A stretch of 64,000 bases of DNA from an uncultured Solirubrobacterales bacterium. GTDB lineage: Bacteria; Actinomycetota; Thermoleophilia; Solirubrobacterales; Solirubrobacteraceae. The DNA lies in the NCBI GenBank assembly GCA_963834675.1, contig CAWICS010000009.1, positions 224,102-288,101 on the forward strand, in the 5' to 3' direction. Positions 20,241-30,158 of this stretch are shown in pieces; position 1 is the stretch's first letter; every line of letters begins with the position of its first letter. The translations under genes were made by a program, and so were the position numbers. The notes under the pieces are model-generated. The model made no database searches, was not told where the DNA came from, and was given only the letters and a program-made list of their open reading frames with translations.

Positions 20241-20548
20241 CGCGTCGGCTCCTCGCTCATCCGGGCCTCCATCCGCTTGATCCAGCGGCAATACGCCACG
20301 GCACCAGCGAGCGCGAACACGAACTCGAAGAACCCCACGATGTAGGCGACGCTGACACCCGCCACAACACCGTCGAGCGCGCTCGTGAACGACGTCAGGA
20401 TCGGCAGCAACATCACCGTGACCAGGACGACGGCGCTGGCCGAGAGCACCACCCGGATCCGCCGCCGGGCGAACTCGTCGGCGCGCTCCCCCCCTGCGCG
20501 CGGGGCAGGGCCCCCCTCGGCGTCGGTCGGCGCTGCAGATGACGCCAT
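20237..20548 (-). CDS. DUF485 (YjcH-like) small membrane protein
   Basis: Two TMs; ATGA overlap with the symporter; GGAG RBS; canonical yjcH-actP arrangement. Confidence 0.8.
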   Translation of the reverse strand: MASSAAPTDAEGGPAPRAGGERADEFARRRIRVVLSASAVVLVTVMLLPILTSFTSALDGVVAGVSVAYIVGFFEFVFALAGAVAYCRWIKRMEARMSEEPTR

Positions 20549-20661
20549 TCCGCTCTCCTCTCCGCAAGGACCGGTCAGCATCTGCATACAGACTTTCCCT
20601 CCGCATGCAGTTCGGAAACCGCGACTGACATGAGTCGGCGGGCGCGTTAGCCTTTGCTCGC

Positions 20662-20946
20662 ATGAGCGAGAGGACGGTTTTCACCGCCGATCAGGCACGT
20701 GAGGCGGGCGAGCGGATCGGGATCGACTGGAGTGCTTCTCGGTTCGACGTCGAGCAGTTCCGGATGGGGATGGACGTCGAGCTCGAGCACGGCACCCAGG
20801 ATCCGAACACGAACGTCACCGACGACGACATCGTCGTGACGGCCAAGATCGCCCGAGCGCACCTCAACGAGTTCCCCGACTACTACTCGCGTCTTTCCGT
20901 GATGGAAGCCGAGGCGGAGGCCTACTGGGCGAACCGAGCCCAGTAG
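20662..20946 (+). CDS. DUF5661-like small acidic protein
   Basis: EQFRMGMDVELEHG and TAKIARAHLNEFPDYYSRL. Confidence 0.75.
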   Translation: MSERTVFTADQAREAGERIGIDWSASRFDVEQFRMGMDVELEHGTQDPNTNVTDDDIVVTAKIARAHLNEFPDYYSRLSVMEAEAEAYWANRAQ

Positions 20947-21026
20947 CCGCGCCGGCTGCGCAGCAACGCCAACCGCTCGGAGCAAAGCCCGCTTGCTCGA
21001 GGGCGAGATCTCGGGAGCGCGGCGAG

Positions 21027-21653
21027 CTAGCGCCCGCAGTTTTTCGTGCCGAGATCGACAGCGGTCCTGGTGCGCCTCGCGAGCTCTTCCTGCACGAGCT
21101 GCGATAGGCGAATGACCTGTGGGGTGTCGCGTGCGCGCCCCGCCGTGACGATCCGCTCCGATAACTCGTGGATGCGACGGTTCACGTCCACGAAGCGCGT
21201 TAACGCCGCACCGTCCGCTGCGGGTGGCGTTAGGCCCTGGATCGCGTTTTGATAGGGCGGAAATTCACTCAGCGCTGACTCCATCGCGGCGGCCGCCTTT
21301 GTGTAGTCGCTGGCGTTCGTCGACTGCTCGAAGCTGGCATCGGCTTGCTTGACGGCGGCGTTCCCGCGCAGGCAGAGATCATCGAGCTTGGCGGCCAACT
21401 CGGCGTGCGTGAGCTGGCAAGGTTGCGGGTCGCAACGAGGTGCGACCGCCGTGCGACCAGCCGTCGTCGCGGACGTGATGCTCGTGGCGGCCGATGTGCT
21501 GGACGACGACAAGGACCTAGTCGACGCGGTGCCTGACGACGACGAACTTCCACCGCAGCCGCTGAGCACAACCAAAGCGGTGAGCGCAGCCGTGACGGCA
21601 ACCAAGAGGCGGCGCGCGAACGCCTCGGCTTTTGTCGCATCGATAGCGGTCAT
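21027..21653 (-). CDS. Hypothetical lipoprotein
   Basis: Lipobox VLSGC, Ser/Thr-rich tether, helical C-terminal domain with Cys residues. Confidence 0.7.
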   Translation of the reverse strand: MTAIDATKAEAFARRLLVAVTAALTALVVLSGCGGSSSSSGTASTRSLSSSSTSAATSITSATTAGRTAVAPRCDPQPCQLTHAELAAKLDDLCLRGNAAVKQADASFEQSTNASDYTKAAAAMESALSEFPPYQNAIQGLTPPAADGAALTRFVDVNRRIHELSERIVTAGRARDTPQVIRLSQLVQEELARRTRTAVDLGTKNCGR

Positions 21654-21753
21654 TTTGCCGGGGCTCCGGCGCTCGCAGGCGCCGCGCTCACAGCCAGCAC
21701 TACCAACGTGGCGAGGCTCGACGAAACCTCGGTGTTTCCTTCCAACCCGCTGC

Positions 21754-21785
21754 ACTAACCTGTAAAATCGAGAGTATCGGTTAGT
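21754..21785. promoter_or_regulatory. Inverted repeat ACTAACC-N18-GGTTAGT, probable operator
   Basis: Perfect 7-bp arms around an AT-rich spacer, in the divergent intergenic region upstream of the CGNR regulator. Confidence 0.6.
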
Positions 21786-21840
21786 CGGCTGCTCGTCAAG
21801 CGGTCGGGAGTTGCTCTAGCCTGGGGATGGGACGCCGAGC

Positions 21841-22470
21841 ATGCCAGCACACTATGAGGTCGTGGAGGGACTCCGGCTGCCCGCCCGCATAAGCGGACAT
21901 CCGGCGCTTGACTTCTGCAACACCCGGGCGGGATGGGATGGGCAGGACGCCGGCGATTACCTTGCGGACTACGAGCACCTGGTGGTGTGGAGCGGATTCG
22001 TCGGCATCCTTCGCCCCGACCAGGTCCCGGTGCTTCGCCAGCGCGCTCGTGTCAGCGCCAGCGCGGCCGCCTCAGTGCTCGAGCGCGCAAAAGCGTTTCG
22101 CGCGAACCTATACGCCGTGCTTCGGGATCCTGCTTGCGCCCCAGCCTGGCCTGCCGTCGCCGACGAGGTCGCCGCGGCCGCCCAGATCCTCCACCTGCAC
22201 CGAGCAGATAAAACAATCCGCTGGGAGATCGCACCGGCGGCAGACCTGTCCGCCCCGCTTGCTGCCGCTGCCTGGTCAGCCGGCGAGCTCCTCACATCGC
22301 GTGCTCTCGGCCGCGTCCGCGCATGCGCGGGCGCCGGATGTGGATGGCTGTTCCTCGATCCCACCGGACGCCGGCGCTGGTGCGTCATGGCCACCTGTGG
22401 CAACCGCGAAAAAGCGAGACGCTTCGCCGCGAAGCACAAGACCCCGCTTGACCGCCCGGCGATCCGCTGA
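21841..22470 (+). CDS. ABATE/CGNR zinc-finger regulator
   Basis: GHPALDFCNT and RVRACAGAGCGWLFLDPTGRRRWCVMATCGNREK. Confidence 0.92.
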   Translation: MPAHYEVVEGLRLPARISGHPALDFCNTRAGWDGQDAGDYLADYEHLVVWSGFVGILRPDQVPVLRQRARVSASAAASVLERAKAFRANLYAVLRDPACAPAWPAVADEVAAAAQILHLHRADKTIRWEIAPAADLSAPLAAAAWSAGELLTSRALGRVRACAGAGCGWLFLDPTGRRRWCVMATCGNREKARRFAAKHKTPLDRPAIR

Positions 22471-22609
22471 GCAGCTGGACGCGCGGCCCGATCTCAACTG
22501 CACAAGGACTTGACCCCGTTTCAGCCAACGAGTCGGCGCAGCTCATCAGCTCTGCCTCGGCGCCGTTCCTGTGGGCATGAGCTGACGCTGGCCTACTGTA
22601 AGAAGGGCC

Positions 22610-23512
22610 ATGGCCGATCGTGCTGATCTTGACTTCACCTATTCGTTGATCGATCGGATCTTTCGCCTCAGCCTTGGGGAGATGGCCGACTTCAGCGGCG
22701 CCAAGTACGACGGGGATTTCTCGCTGACCCTCGAGCAGGCGCAGCGGCGCAAGCACGATGACATCGCCCAGCAGATCGGCATCCAGGCGGGCCGTCGGGT
22801 GCTGGATCTCGGCTGTGGTTGGGGCCCGCTGTTGAACGACATTCGTCGGCGCGGGGCCAGCGGCGTTGGCGTGACCCTGTCTCGGGCGCAGGTAGTCGCC
22901 TGTCGGCGCAACGGCCTGGAGGTCTACCTGCACGACGCGCGGCAGGTCACCGCGGAGACGTTCGGTCAGTTTGACGCGGTGGCCAGCCTTGGCGCCTTTG
23001 AGCACTTCTGCTCGGTGCAGGATTACCGCGCCGGCCGACAAGAGCAGATCTATGCCTCACTGTTTGAGAACATCGCCGGCATCCTTCCGGCCCGTGGACG
23101 TCTGTATCTGCAGACCATGGTGTTCGGGCCCAGGGCGACCGCAATCGAAGATGTGTCGATCGACGCGCCTCGCGATTCTGATGCCTGGTACCTGGCCCTC
23201 ATGCAAAAACAGTTCCCCGGTCGTTTTTGCCCTTCGGTCAGGAGCAGGTGATCGAGGCCGCCGCGCCGAACCTCAGGCTCATCTCGAGCATGAGCGGACG
23301 CCTTGACTACCTCGAGACCATCCGGCAATGGCGTAAGCGCTTCGCGCAGCCGGGACTACGCAAGACTCTGGTGAAGCTGCGCCTCGTGCCGTACTGGCTG
23401 ACCAGCCGGGATTTCCGCCTTGCGTTCACCTCAGGCGTCAGCGCCAATAGCGCGTGCTTTGAGCGCGAACTGCTCGAGCACTACCGGCTCGTCTTCGAGA
23501 AAGCCGGGCTGA
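22610..23512 (+). pseudogene. Cyclopropane-fatty-acyl-phospholipid synthase family methyltransferase, frameshifted (probably a sequencing error)
   Basis: FSGAKY, LEQAQRRKH, VLDLGCGWG, GVTLS and GAFEHF. At 23219-23220 one G appears missing (..QFPG|SFLPFGQEQV..DYLETIRQW..). The 3' end is uncertain: TGA at 23510-23512 is in frame only if one G at 23506-23508 is extra. Confidence 0.8.
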
Positions 23513-23626
23513 AGACGGATCCGCTGACTCGCAGCATCAGGCTCGCGGCCGGTGCCTCGGGTCGCGAGAGAACCGGTTGCCTAAGGGACTCGCGGGCGTT
23601 GCACGTTCCAGTTTATGGTTATCGGC

Positions 23627-24061
23627 GTGGGAGAGTGGGGAGCGGCGAGCTTCGAGAACGATCCGGCCAGCGACTGGTTCCTCCTGGTCGAGGAAGCAGT
23701 TGACCCGGGCGGGGTGATCGCGTCGTCGCTTGAAAGTGCGGTGGGCGAGCCGGAGTACCTCGGTCTCGATGAGTCGTGTGTAGCGATCGCGGCGGCAGAG
23801 TTGTCCGCGTCCTGTGCCGGTCACGCATCCATCCGCTTGCCCGATAACGTGCGCTACTGGGTCGACACTCATCCTCATCAGCCTCACGACTCCGAGATCG
23901 CCCAGGCAGTCCAGGCAGTCCAGCGCGTCCGGGAGGAAAGCGAGCTACGCGACTATTGGGATGGGAGCGTGGACCGCGGCAAGTGGCTCCGTGAGATCGA
24001 GGACCTGATCACCCGTCTGGAGCGGTCTGGGGGCGGTGAGCCGGCGACGCTCTGGCCGTAG
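23627..24061 (+). CDS. DUF4259 domain protein
   Basis: N-terminus MGEWGAASFENDPASDW, AIAAAELSA and ESELRDYW. Confidence 0.75.
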   Translation: MGEWGAASFENDPASDWFLLVEEAVDPGGVIASSLESAVGEPEYLGLDESCVAIAAAELSASCAGHASIRLPDNVRYWVDTHPHQPHDSEIAQAVQAVQRVREESELRDYWDGSVDRGKWLREIEDLITRLERSGGGEPATLWP

Positions 24062-24219
24062 AGATCGTTCGCGGTCGGGTTTCCCGCCCGCATCGTTGCC
24101 AACTCCTCTCCCCTTTAGTGGTGGGGGAGTAGAGTCGGAGCAGCCTTCACCGCCTGAGTGCCTGCTCTCGCATTCTTCCAGCGGCCCAGCCTTCCGTACT
24201 GAGCGACGAGGAGTCACAC

Positions 24220-24414
24220 ATGCCAAAGCAGAGTGCAAAGCCTGACCGGCCGCGTGAAGAACCGGGCCCGGGAAGATCGACGTCCGAAGCGGCGTTCAAC
24301 GATCTCCGCAGACAGATCGCCCAACGTAACGAGCAGGCAACTCAAGAGGCTCGCAAACGACGAGCAGCACGCGAGCAGGAGCATCTGCGCAGGCGCCGCG
24401 AACGCGACTCTTAA
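24220..24414 (+). CDS. Small basic helical hypothetical protein
   Basis: GAGGAG RBS 6 nt before the ATG; 64 aa, Arg/Glu-rich. Confidence 0.65.
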   Translation: MPKQSAKPDRPREEPGPGRSTSEAAFNDLRRQIAQRNEQATQEARKRRAAREQEHLRRRRERDS

Positions 24415-24585
24415 AGCCAAGACGGGCTCGCCCCCGCGCGTTGCAGGTCCCGGGTCTGCGGGTAGCTGTAGGCGAGCCTTGCCGGCAACGCAGGTCTTGG
24501 GCGTTGGCTCCGCGTGCCGGCGCTGGGGGCCTATCGGTGCGGCTGGGTTGCCGATGGTTGGTCACTGCTAGATGATCGGGCTACG

Positions 24586-25701
24586 TTGTTGTGGCGAGTC
24601 GTCGAGCATGAGCCCCTGACCGATCGGGCGTGGGATGTGAGCCGGGCCGAGGCTGCGGTGGCTGGGATCGTGGCCGACGGCGAGTCGGCGGCCGCTGACG
24701 GCGGGTGGCCATCGCATGGTCTTGATGACGAGCCGGAGAGCTCCCGGATCATGTCCTTGTATCTCGGTAGTGCCGGGATGATCTGGGCGCTGAACGAGCT
24801 CGACTCATCGCTCGACGCTGAAATGCTCCTGGCCAAGGCGATCGAGCGCTACCGGATGGTGCCCGACTTCGCAGATGACGCCCATGCCCCAAGCCTGTGG
24901 ATGGGGGAAACCGGGCTGCTCGTCCTCGCCGCCAAGATCGGTTCACCGTGCGCTGACGAGCGGCGGCTGCGCGAGCTGGTGCGCGCGAATCGAGAGCACC
25001 CGACCTGGGAGCTCATGTGGGGGTCGTCCGGAACTATGCTCGCAGCCCGAGCGTGCGGGCTCAGCGATGAGTGGTGGGAGAGCGCTCGGCTGCTCTGGGA
25101 CCGCTGGGACGAGACCACGGGCCTGTGGACGCAGAGGCTGTATGGCCGGGTCGCGCAGATCCTTGGCCCGGCTCATGGGTTTGCGGGAAATGCTCATGCG
25201 CTGCGCGGATATGCAAGTGATGAGACTCTGCGCGCGCGAGTGACGCGCGCCTTGGAGGAAACCGCGATGCGGGAGGACGGGTTGACCAACTGGCCGCCGG
25301 TGGCGACCCCACGCCCAGGAGGCGATCTGGTTCGCGTCCAGTGGTGTCACGGCGCACCGGGAATCGTAGCGACCCTGGGTGATCTGATGCCGATCGAGAT
25401 GGCGCTCGCCGGCGGAGAGCTCATCTGGCGGGCCGGTCCGCTGCGTAAAGGCCCCGGTCTGTGTCACGGGACTGCGGGCAACGGCTTTGCGTTCCTGAAG
25501 CTGTTCGCTCTGACTGATGACGAGCGCTGGCTTGAGCGTGCCCGGCGGTTCGCGATGCACGCGATCGAGCAGGTCCAACATCAACGGGCAAAGTTCGGTC
25601 GGGGTCGTTACACCCTATGGACCGGCGATGTCGGCGTTGCCGTCTACCTCCGCGCATGCATCCGCGCCGACGCGACGTTCCCCACGATCGACAAGCTGTA
25701 G
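24586..25701 (+). CDS. Stand-alone LanC-like (lanthionine synthetase C family) protein
   Basis: YLGSAG, GPAHGFAG, VQWCHGAPG, LCHGTAGNG and WTGDVG; Zn-binding Cys/Cys/His motifs are present. Confidence 0.88.
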   Translation: MLWRVVEHEPLTDRAWDVSRAEAAVAGIVADGESAAADGGWPSHGLDDEPESSRIMSLYLGSAGMIWALNELDSSLDAEMLLAKAIERYRMVPDFADDAHAPSLWMGETGLLVLAAKIGSPCADERRLRELVRANREHPTWELMWGSSGTMLAARACGLSDEWWESARLLWDRWDETTGLWTQRLYGRVAQILGPAHGFAGNAHALRGYASDETLRARVTRALEETAMREDGLTNWPPVATPRPGGDLVRVQWCHGAPGIVATLGDLMPIEMALAGGELIWRAGPLRKGPGLCHGTAGNGFAFLKLFALTDDERWLERARRFAMHAIEQVQHQRAKFGRGRYTLWTGDVGVAVYLRACIRADATFPTIDKL

Positions 25702-25805
25702 CCGGATCATCCTGCGCTTTTCACGCACCGCCCGCGCGTCGGGCGGCGCCCTTCTTCGCGCGCATGGAAGAAGGAATAGGAATCATCTCTGCCTGAGCTG
25801 AAACG

Positions 25806-27026
25806 TTATGTGTTAGCGAAGAAGCGGAGCAGTAGTTCGGCGACCTCGTTGGGCCGCTCCTCGGCGACGTAATGGCCGCACCCGGGCAGGACTTCCTGCT
25901 CTACTTGGGTGGCGCCCTGACGCAGGTTCTCACCGACCGCTGTGCCGAACCCTTGCTCGCCGCCGATCGCTAGGACCGGCATGCGCAGCGGCTGGGTCAG
26001 ATGCCGCGTGTTGTGCGCGATTTCGCGGGGGACACCCCGGTAGCGCGCGAACGCGGAGGCCATGACGCCTGGGCGCGCGTAGCAGCGCGTGTATTCGTCG
26101 GCAGCAGCTGTGGTTGGCACGCCGGGCGTGGCGGAGAACGTGCGGTAATACCAGTCAAGGTAGGGACGCTCGCGTCCGGCGACCAGCCGCTCAGGAAGAT
26201 CGCGAAGCTGATGAAAGCCGAAGAACCAAGCGCCGCCTCCCTTGGAGCCGGCTTGGGCCCACGCGCCCGCTGGCATCGCCTCAATCACAACCAGGCATCG
26301 GGCATCCTGCGGGTAAGCGGCCGCGAACGCAAAGCCGGTCGACCCTCCCCAGTCCTGACCGGCGAGCATCACCGGACTGAGACCGAGGTCCCCGACAAGC
26401 GCGTGCAGGTCGTCAGCACCCGTCGGTACGTCGTTGGGCTGGGTGCCGGGCTCACTGTCGCCGAGTCCCCGCAGATCGACCGCGATTACGGTGTGGCGCT
26501 CCGCCAACCTCGGCATCACCTCCCGCCACGCGTACCACGTGTTCGGAAACCCGTGCAGCAAGACGACCGGCGGTCCAGAACCGCCGATCACATAGTGCAG
26601 GCGTACGTCACCTACCCGCCGCCGTTCGTGCCGGAAGCCAGGTGGCGGCGGTGCAGGCCGCGTCACCTCGTATCCCGAGCGCGACACGTATTCGGCTGGC
26701 AGCTCATCGCGCATCGGCCGCCAGCGGCGTACGCGCAGGGGCTCGTCGGGATCGACGACCAGCTCCCGCGCTCGGGCCAAAAACCTCTGCGTGTGCGGCT
26801 TGGCCGCGTGCTCGTCGAGCGCCTGCTGCGAAGCCCAGATCTCATAACCCAGCACCCGCGTGGCGTCTTGCGGATCGAGCCCTACCTCAAACCGCACCAC
26901 GCCGTGATCCTCGCGATGTGTCGCATCGACGAGCCGTTCCAACGCATCGCGCATCTCCTCTTGTTTGCCGGGCTTGGTTGCCAACTCCACGACGAGCAGC
27001 ACCTCGGAAGCGGTCGCATCGCTCAT
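25806..27026 (-). CDS. ABM (putative quinol monooxygenase) domain fused to epoxide hydrolase-type alpha/beta hydrolase
   Basis: N-terminal ATKPGKQEEMRDAL..HREDHGVVRFEV..YEIWASQQALDEHAAKPH; C-terminal LLHGFP, GQDWGG (Asp nucleophile) and GCGHYVAEE. Confidence 0.85.
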   Translation of the reverse strand: MSDATASEVLLVVELATKPGKQEEMRDALERLVDATHREDHGVVRFEVGLDPQDATRVLGYEIWASQQALDEHAAKPHTQRFLARARELVVDPDEPLRVRRWRPMRDELPAEYVSRSGYEVTRPAPPPPGFRHERRRVGDVRLHYVIGGSGPPVVLLHGFPNTWYAWREVMPRLAERHTVIAVDLRGLGDSEPGTQPNDVPTGADDLHALVGDLGLSPVMLAGQDWGGSTGFAFAAAYPQDARCLVVIEAMPAGAWAQAGSKGGGAWFFGFHQLRDLPERLVAGRERPYLDWYYRTFSATPGVPTTAAADEYTRCYARPGVMASAFARYRGVPREIAHNTRHLTQPLRMPVLAIGGEQGFGTAVGENLRQGATQVEQEVLPGCGHYVAEERPNEVAELLLRFFANT

Positions 27027-27062
27027 TGATTGCCCTTCGGCCACCCAGCCCGCAGGCGATCC

Positions 27063-27115
27063 GCCACCGGCACCGAGCAGACCGATACGCAAGCATTGAC
27101 TCCGGTGCCGGTGGC
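27063..27115. repeat. Perfect 13-bp inverted repeat with 27-nt spacer in divergent intergenic region
   Basis: GCCACCGGCACCG (27063-27075) and CGGTGCCGGTGGC (27103-27115). Confidence 0.75.
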
Positions 27116-27263
27116 CCGATGTGTGCCGGATGGGGCACGCGCCTCACGCCGGGCGCAACTTTGGCGTTCGAGATTCCGACTTCGGCCATCGGGCCATCGG
27201 TCTCTCCTTGCGCTGGGGAATATCATTACGGAGCCAGATCATAAATCATTTCCTGATGATCAC

Positions 27264-27971
27264 ATGTCCACGCTCGTTTCCCAATCGTCGCGCAGGCCCC
27301 GGGACGGGACGGTGGTCTCCGCTCGGACGCGCCAGCGTGGTCGCCCCCGAAACGCGCGGCTAGACGCGGCGATATTGGAAGCCGCCAAGCAGCAGTTGCG
27401 TGAACGAGGCTACGGAGGGATGTCGCTGGATTCCGTCGCCGCGGCAGCTGGAACGACGGTGCCGAGTCTGCGCCGCCGGTATCGCGACAAAGCGTCTTTA
27501 GCCGCGGCGGTGGTCGATTCGCTCCGGGTCGATCCGCTCCCTGCGCTCGATGGGCCACCACGCGCTCGAGCGGCACGCGTTCTGGCGAACTTCCAGCGAA
27601 ACCTGCAGCGGCCCAACTCAATGGCGCTCCTCGGCACGCTGTTGGCAGAAGAGAGCCGCAGACCGGAACTCCTCGAGCGATTGCGCGCGCGGCTCTCGGA
27701 ACCCCGTCGGCAGGCGCTCCGAGCGGCGCTCAAGGGCGGCATCGACGCCGGACAGCTGCCAGCGGACTTGGACGTGGAGATCGCCGTGACGATGCTCGTC
27801 GGTTCCTACTACGCGCGCTATGTCAGTCACGGGAGGATTCCGGCCAACTGGTCCCGCCGAGTCCTTGCCCAAGTCTGGCCAAAGACGGATCGCGTTGAGC
27901 CAAGACTGCCAACGAGCGGTTCCTCACTGCCGCGAAAGCCGTCGCTCAAGGCGAGCGATTCCCGATGCTGA
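27264..27971 (+). CDS. TetR/AcrR family regulator
   Basis: RGRPRNARLDAAILEAA..GYGGMSLDSVAAAAGTTVPSLRRRY HTH; divergent from the ABM-hydrolase. Confidence 0.9.
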   Translation: MSTLVSQSSRRPRDGTVVSARTRQRGRPRNARLDAAILEAAKQQLRERGYGGMSLDSVAAAAGTTVPSLRRRYRDKASLAAAVVDSLRVDPLPALDGPPRARAARVLANFQRNLQRPNSMALLGTLLAEESRRPELLERLRARLSEPRRQALRAALKGGIDAGQLPADLDVEIAVTMLVGSYYARYVSHGRIPANWSRRVLAQVWPKTDRVEPRLPTSGSSLPRKPSLKASDSRC

Positions 27972-28070
27972 TCCTGGCGGGCGTGAGGCTGGGCGAGTTG
28001 GGACACCCACGACCGACCGCGCGCAACGTGCCGGTTGTGTGCAACCGTGCGGTTGCGCTAGGTTCTGTTG

Positions 28071-29120
28071 ATGCCACTTTCGTTGCTCGTCCTGGGCGGC
28101 TCGGGATTCGTCGGCCGCGCCGTCGTGGAGGAAGGTTGCCGCCGCGGTTGGAAGGTGACCATGTTCAACCGTGGGCGCGGTGCGGCGATCCCCGGGGTCT
28201 CGCGGATCGTCGGCGACCGCCTCGACCCCGCGACTCTTCGTCCCCTGCGCCGGCACGACTGGGACCTCGTGGTCGACACCTGGTCTGGAGCGCCCCGAGC
28301 CGCGCGCGACAGCGCTGCCCTCCTCGTCGATCGCGCCGCCCGTTACGTCTACATCTCGAGCGAATCGGTCTACGCGCCACCGCCACCAATCGGTGTCGAG
28401 GAGTCCGCTCGCACCGTTGAGGCGGCTCCCGACGCCAAGCACGGCGACTACGCCGAGCTCAAGCGAGGAGCCGAGCTCGCCGTCATGAACGCGTTCGCGG
28501 ATCGAGCGCTCGTGGCGCGCGCCGGCCTGATACTCGGGCCCCACGAAAACGTCGGCCGGCTGCCATGGTGGCTCACCCGCATGGCCGCTGGCGGGGAGAT
28601 CCTGGCACCCGGCCCCCCGGATCTCGAACTACAGCTCATTGACGCGCGAGATCTCGCCATCTTCGTTCTTCATGCGGCCCTGGCCGGCCACGCTGGCCCG
28701 GTCAACGTCGTGGGTCGCCGTGGTCACGCGACCATGCGCTCCCTGCTCGACGCCTGCCTTGCCACCGCCGGCGCCCCCGATGCCCGGCTCACGTGGATGG
28801 ATCCGGACGCCGTCATCGCGGCCGGCATCGAGCCCTGGACCGAGCTTCCGATCTGGCTTCCACCGGACAGCGAGTTCGCCGGCATGCACGCGGCCAATGT
28901 CGAGCGCGCACACGCGGCCGGACTTCGCTGCCGTCCCATCGAGCACACGGTGCGGGACACCTGGAACTGGCTGTCCGCGGTCGGTGGATCCCCGCCGCTG
29001 CGCTCGGACCTCGATCCACCGGGACTCGACCGCCGGCGGGAACGCGCGGCGCTCGACGCCCGGCATGAGCGCGCTGGCGGCAAGCAGGGTTCGGCTACCG
29101 TGCCGGAGCGGGCGCGGTGA
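28071..29120 (+). CDS. NAD-dependent epimerase/dehydratase family protein
   Basis: VLGGSGFVG, FNRG, YISSESVY and YAELK. TAGGTT lies 6 nt before the ATG (leaderless). Confidence 0.88.
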   Translation: MPLSLLVLGGSGFVGRAVVEEGCRRGWKVTMFNRGRGAAIPGVSRIVGDRLDPATLRPLRRHDWDLVVDTWSGAPRAARDSAALLVDRAARYVYISSESVYAPPPPIGVEESARTVEAAPDAKHGDYAELKRGAELAVMNAFADRALVARAGLILGPHENVGRLPWWLTRMAAGGEILAPGPPDLELQLIDARDLAIFVLHAALAGHAGPVNVVGRRGHATMRSLLDACLATAGAPDARLTWMDPDAVIAAGIEPWTELPIWLPPDSEFAGMHAANVERAHAAGLRCRPIEHTVRDTWNWLSAVGGSPPLRSDLDPPGLDRRRERAALDARHERAGGKQGSATVPERAR

Positions 29121-29136
29121 GGGAAACTTGCTGGAC

Positions 29137-29961
29137 GTGACCTCCGAGTTTGCGCCCCGGCTCAGCCCGACGACGGACGTCTCGCAGGCCTCGTGGCTTG
29201 CCGAGACCGCGCTCGAGTACGGCGTCGCGGCAAGCTTCGTGCCTACCGCCTTCGATGCATACGCTCAGGTCCTTCACGCTGCCGAGAGCTTGGACGGCGA
29301 TCCGGTGCGGTGGCGTGAGGTTGCCGACTGGCTGCATGTGCCGTTGCTTGCCGGCGCGCGGTTTCAAGACCTCGAGGAGCTTGCCGCCGGCGTACCGGAG
29401 CACGACCGTCCGTGGGCGCACGCGCCGCGCCACGGAGAGATTCCGGACAACGTTCTTGACCGTCTCACGCCTTTGCTTGCCCGGCACACGACATCGGTGC
29501 ACGGGTGGTTCTGCCTCTGGGAGGGATGGGGGTTTCTGTCCGGCTCCAGTTCGCTTGTCGTGGCGTGGCATGTGGATCGTCAACCACCGCCGGGTACGCC
29601 TTCGCGCTACCAGTCCCGTCCCGCCTTCCCGCCGGAGTCACTCGAGTCGCCAAAGGTCCACCTGCCGAGCCGGGCCTACTTCCTGTTCGAGGGACCGCTC
29701 GCGGCGGTCGGCGAGCTGGGCGCGCTCGTCACCTGGGACCCCGGCGGGCATCAAAGCTTCGAACGGCAAACCCCGAGCCTGTGGTGGCCCGATGATCGTG
29801 CCTGGTGCTCGGGAAACGAGGTCGATTCGACCTCGACGTGCATCGGCGGCAGCAGAGCCCTGGTCGACGAGTTGCTGGCCGATCCAGACCTCGAGGTTCT
29901 GGAGCTCGATCCGATGCTCGAGTTCTCGCCGTACCGTGATCTCCACGACGACGGTGCCTGA
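29137..29961 (+). CDS. Hypothetical protein (Trp/Pro-rich, actinobacterial type)
   Basis: VPTAFDAYAQVLH, WFCLWEGWG and PSLWWPDDRAWC; coherent coding-like ORF. Confidence 0.7.
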   Translation: MTSEFAPRLSPTTDVSQASWLAETALEYGVAASFVPTAFDAYAQVLHAAESLDGDPVRWREVADWLHVPLLAGARFQDLEELAAGVPEHDRPWAHAPRHGEIPDNVLDRLTPLLARHTTSVHGWFCLWEGWGFLSGSSSLVVAWHVDRQPPPGTPSRYQSRPAFPPESLESPKVHLPSRAYFLFEGPLAAVGELGALVTWDPGGHQSFERQTPSLWWPDDRAWCSGNEVDSTSTCIGGSRALVDELLADPDLEVLELDPMLEFSPYRDLHDDGA

Positions 29962-30158
29962 CCGGGGCGGCTGCCTTTCGCCGACCTCGATTAACGCGGA
30001 AAGCCGTCGATTGCTCAACGGACGATGCGGGCACCGTGTACCGGCATGTCTCGGCAGGGGGCGTTCAGCGCGCACGGGCCCAGCATGATCGCCGGGTCGC
30101 GCCCCCATCCGGCCTCCGGCGATAGAACTCAGCGAATGCGCACTCAAGGAGACCTCCA

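Noticed and set aside
23227-23703. Independent 158-aa gene
   Set aside because: It is the out-of-frame 3' part of the CFA-synthase-like gene, and its tail overlaps the DUF4259 gene.
24220-25701. Lanthipeptide biosynthetic cluster
   Set aside because: No dehydratase, transporter or protease, and the only nearby small ORF has no Cys.
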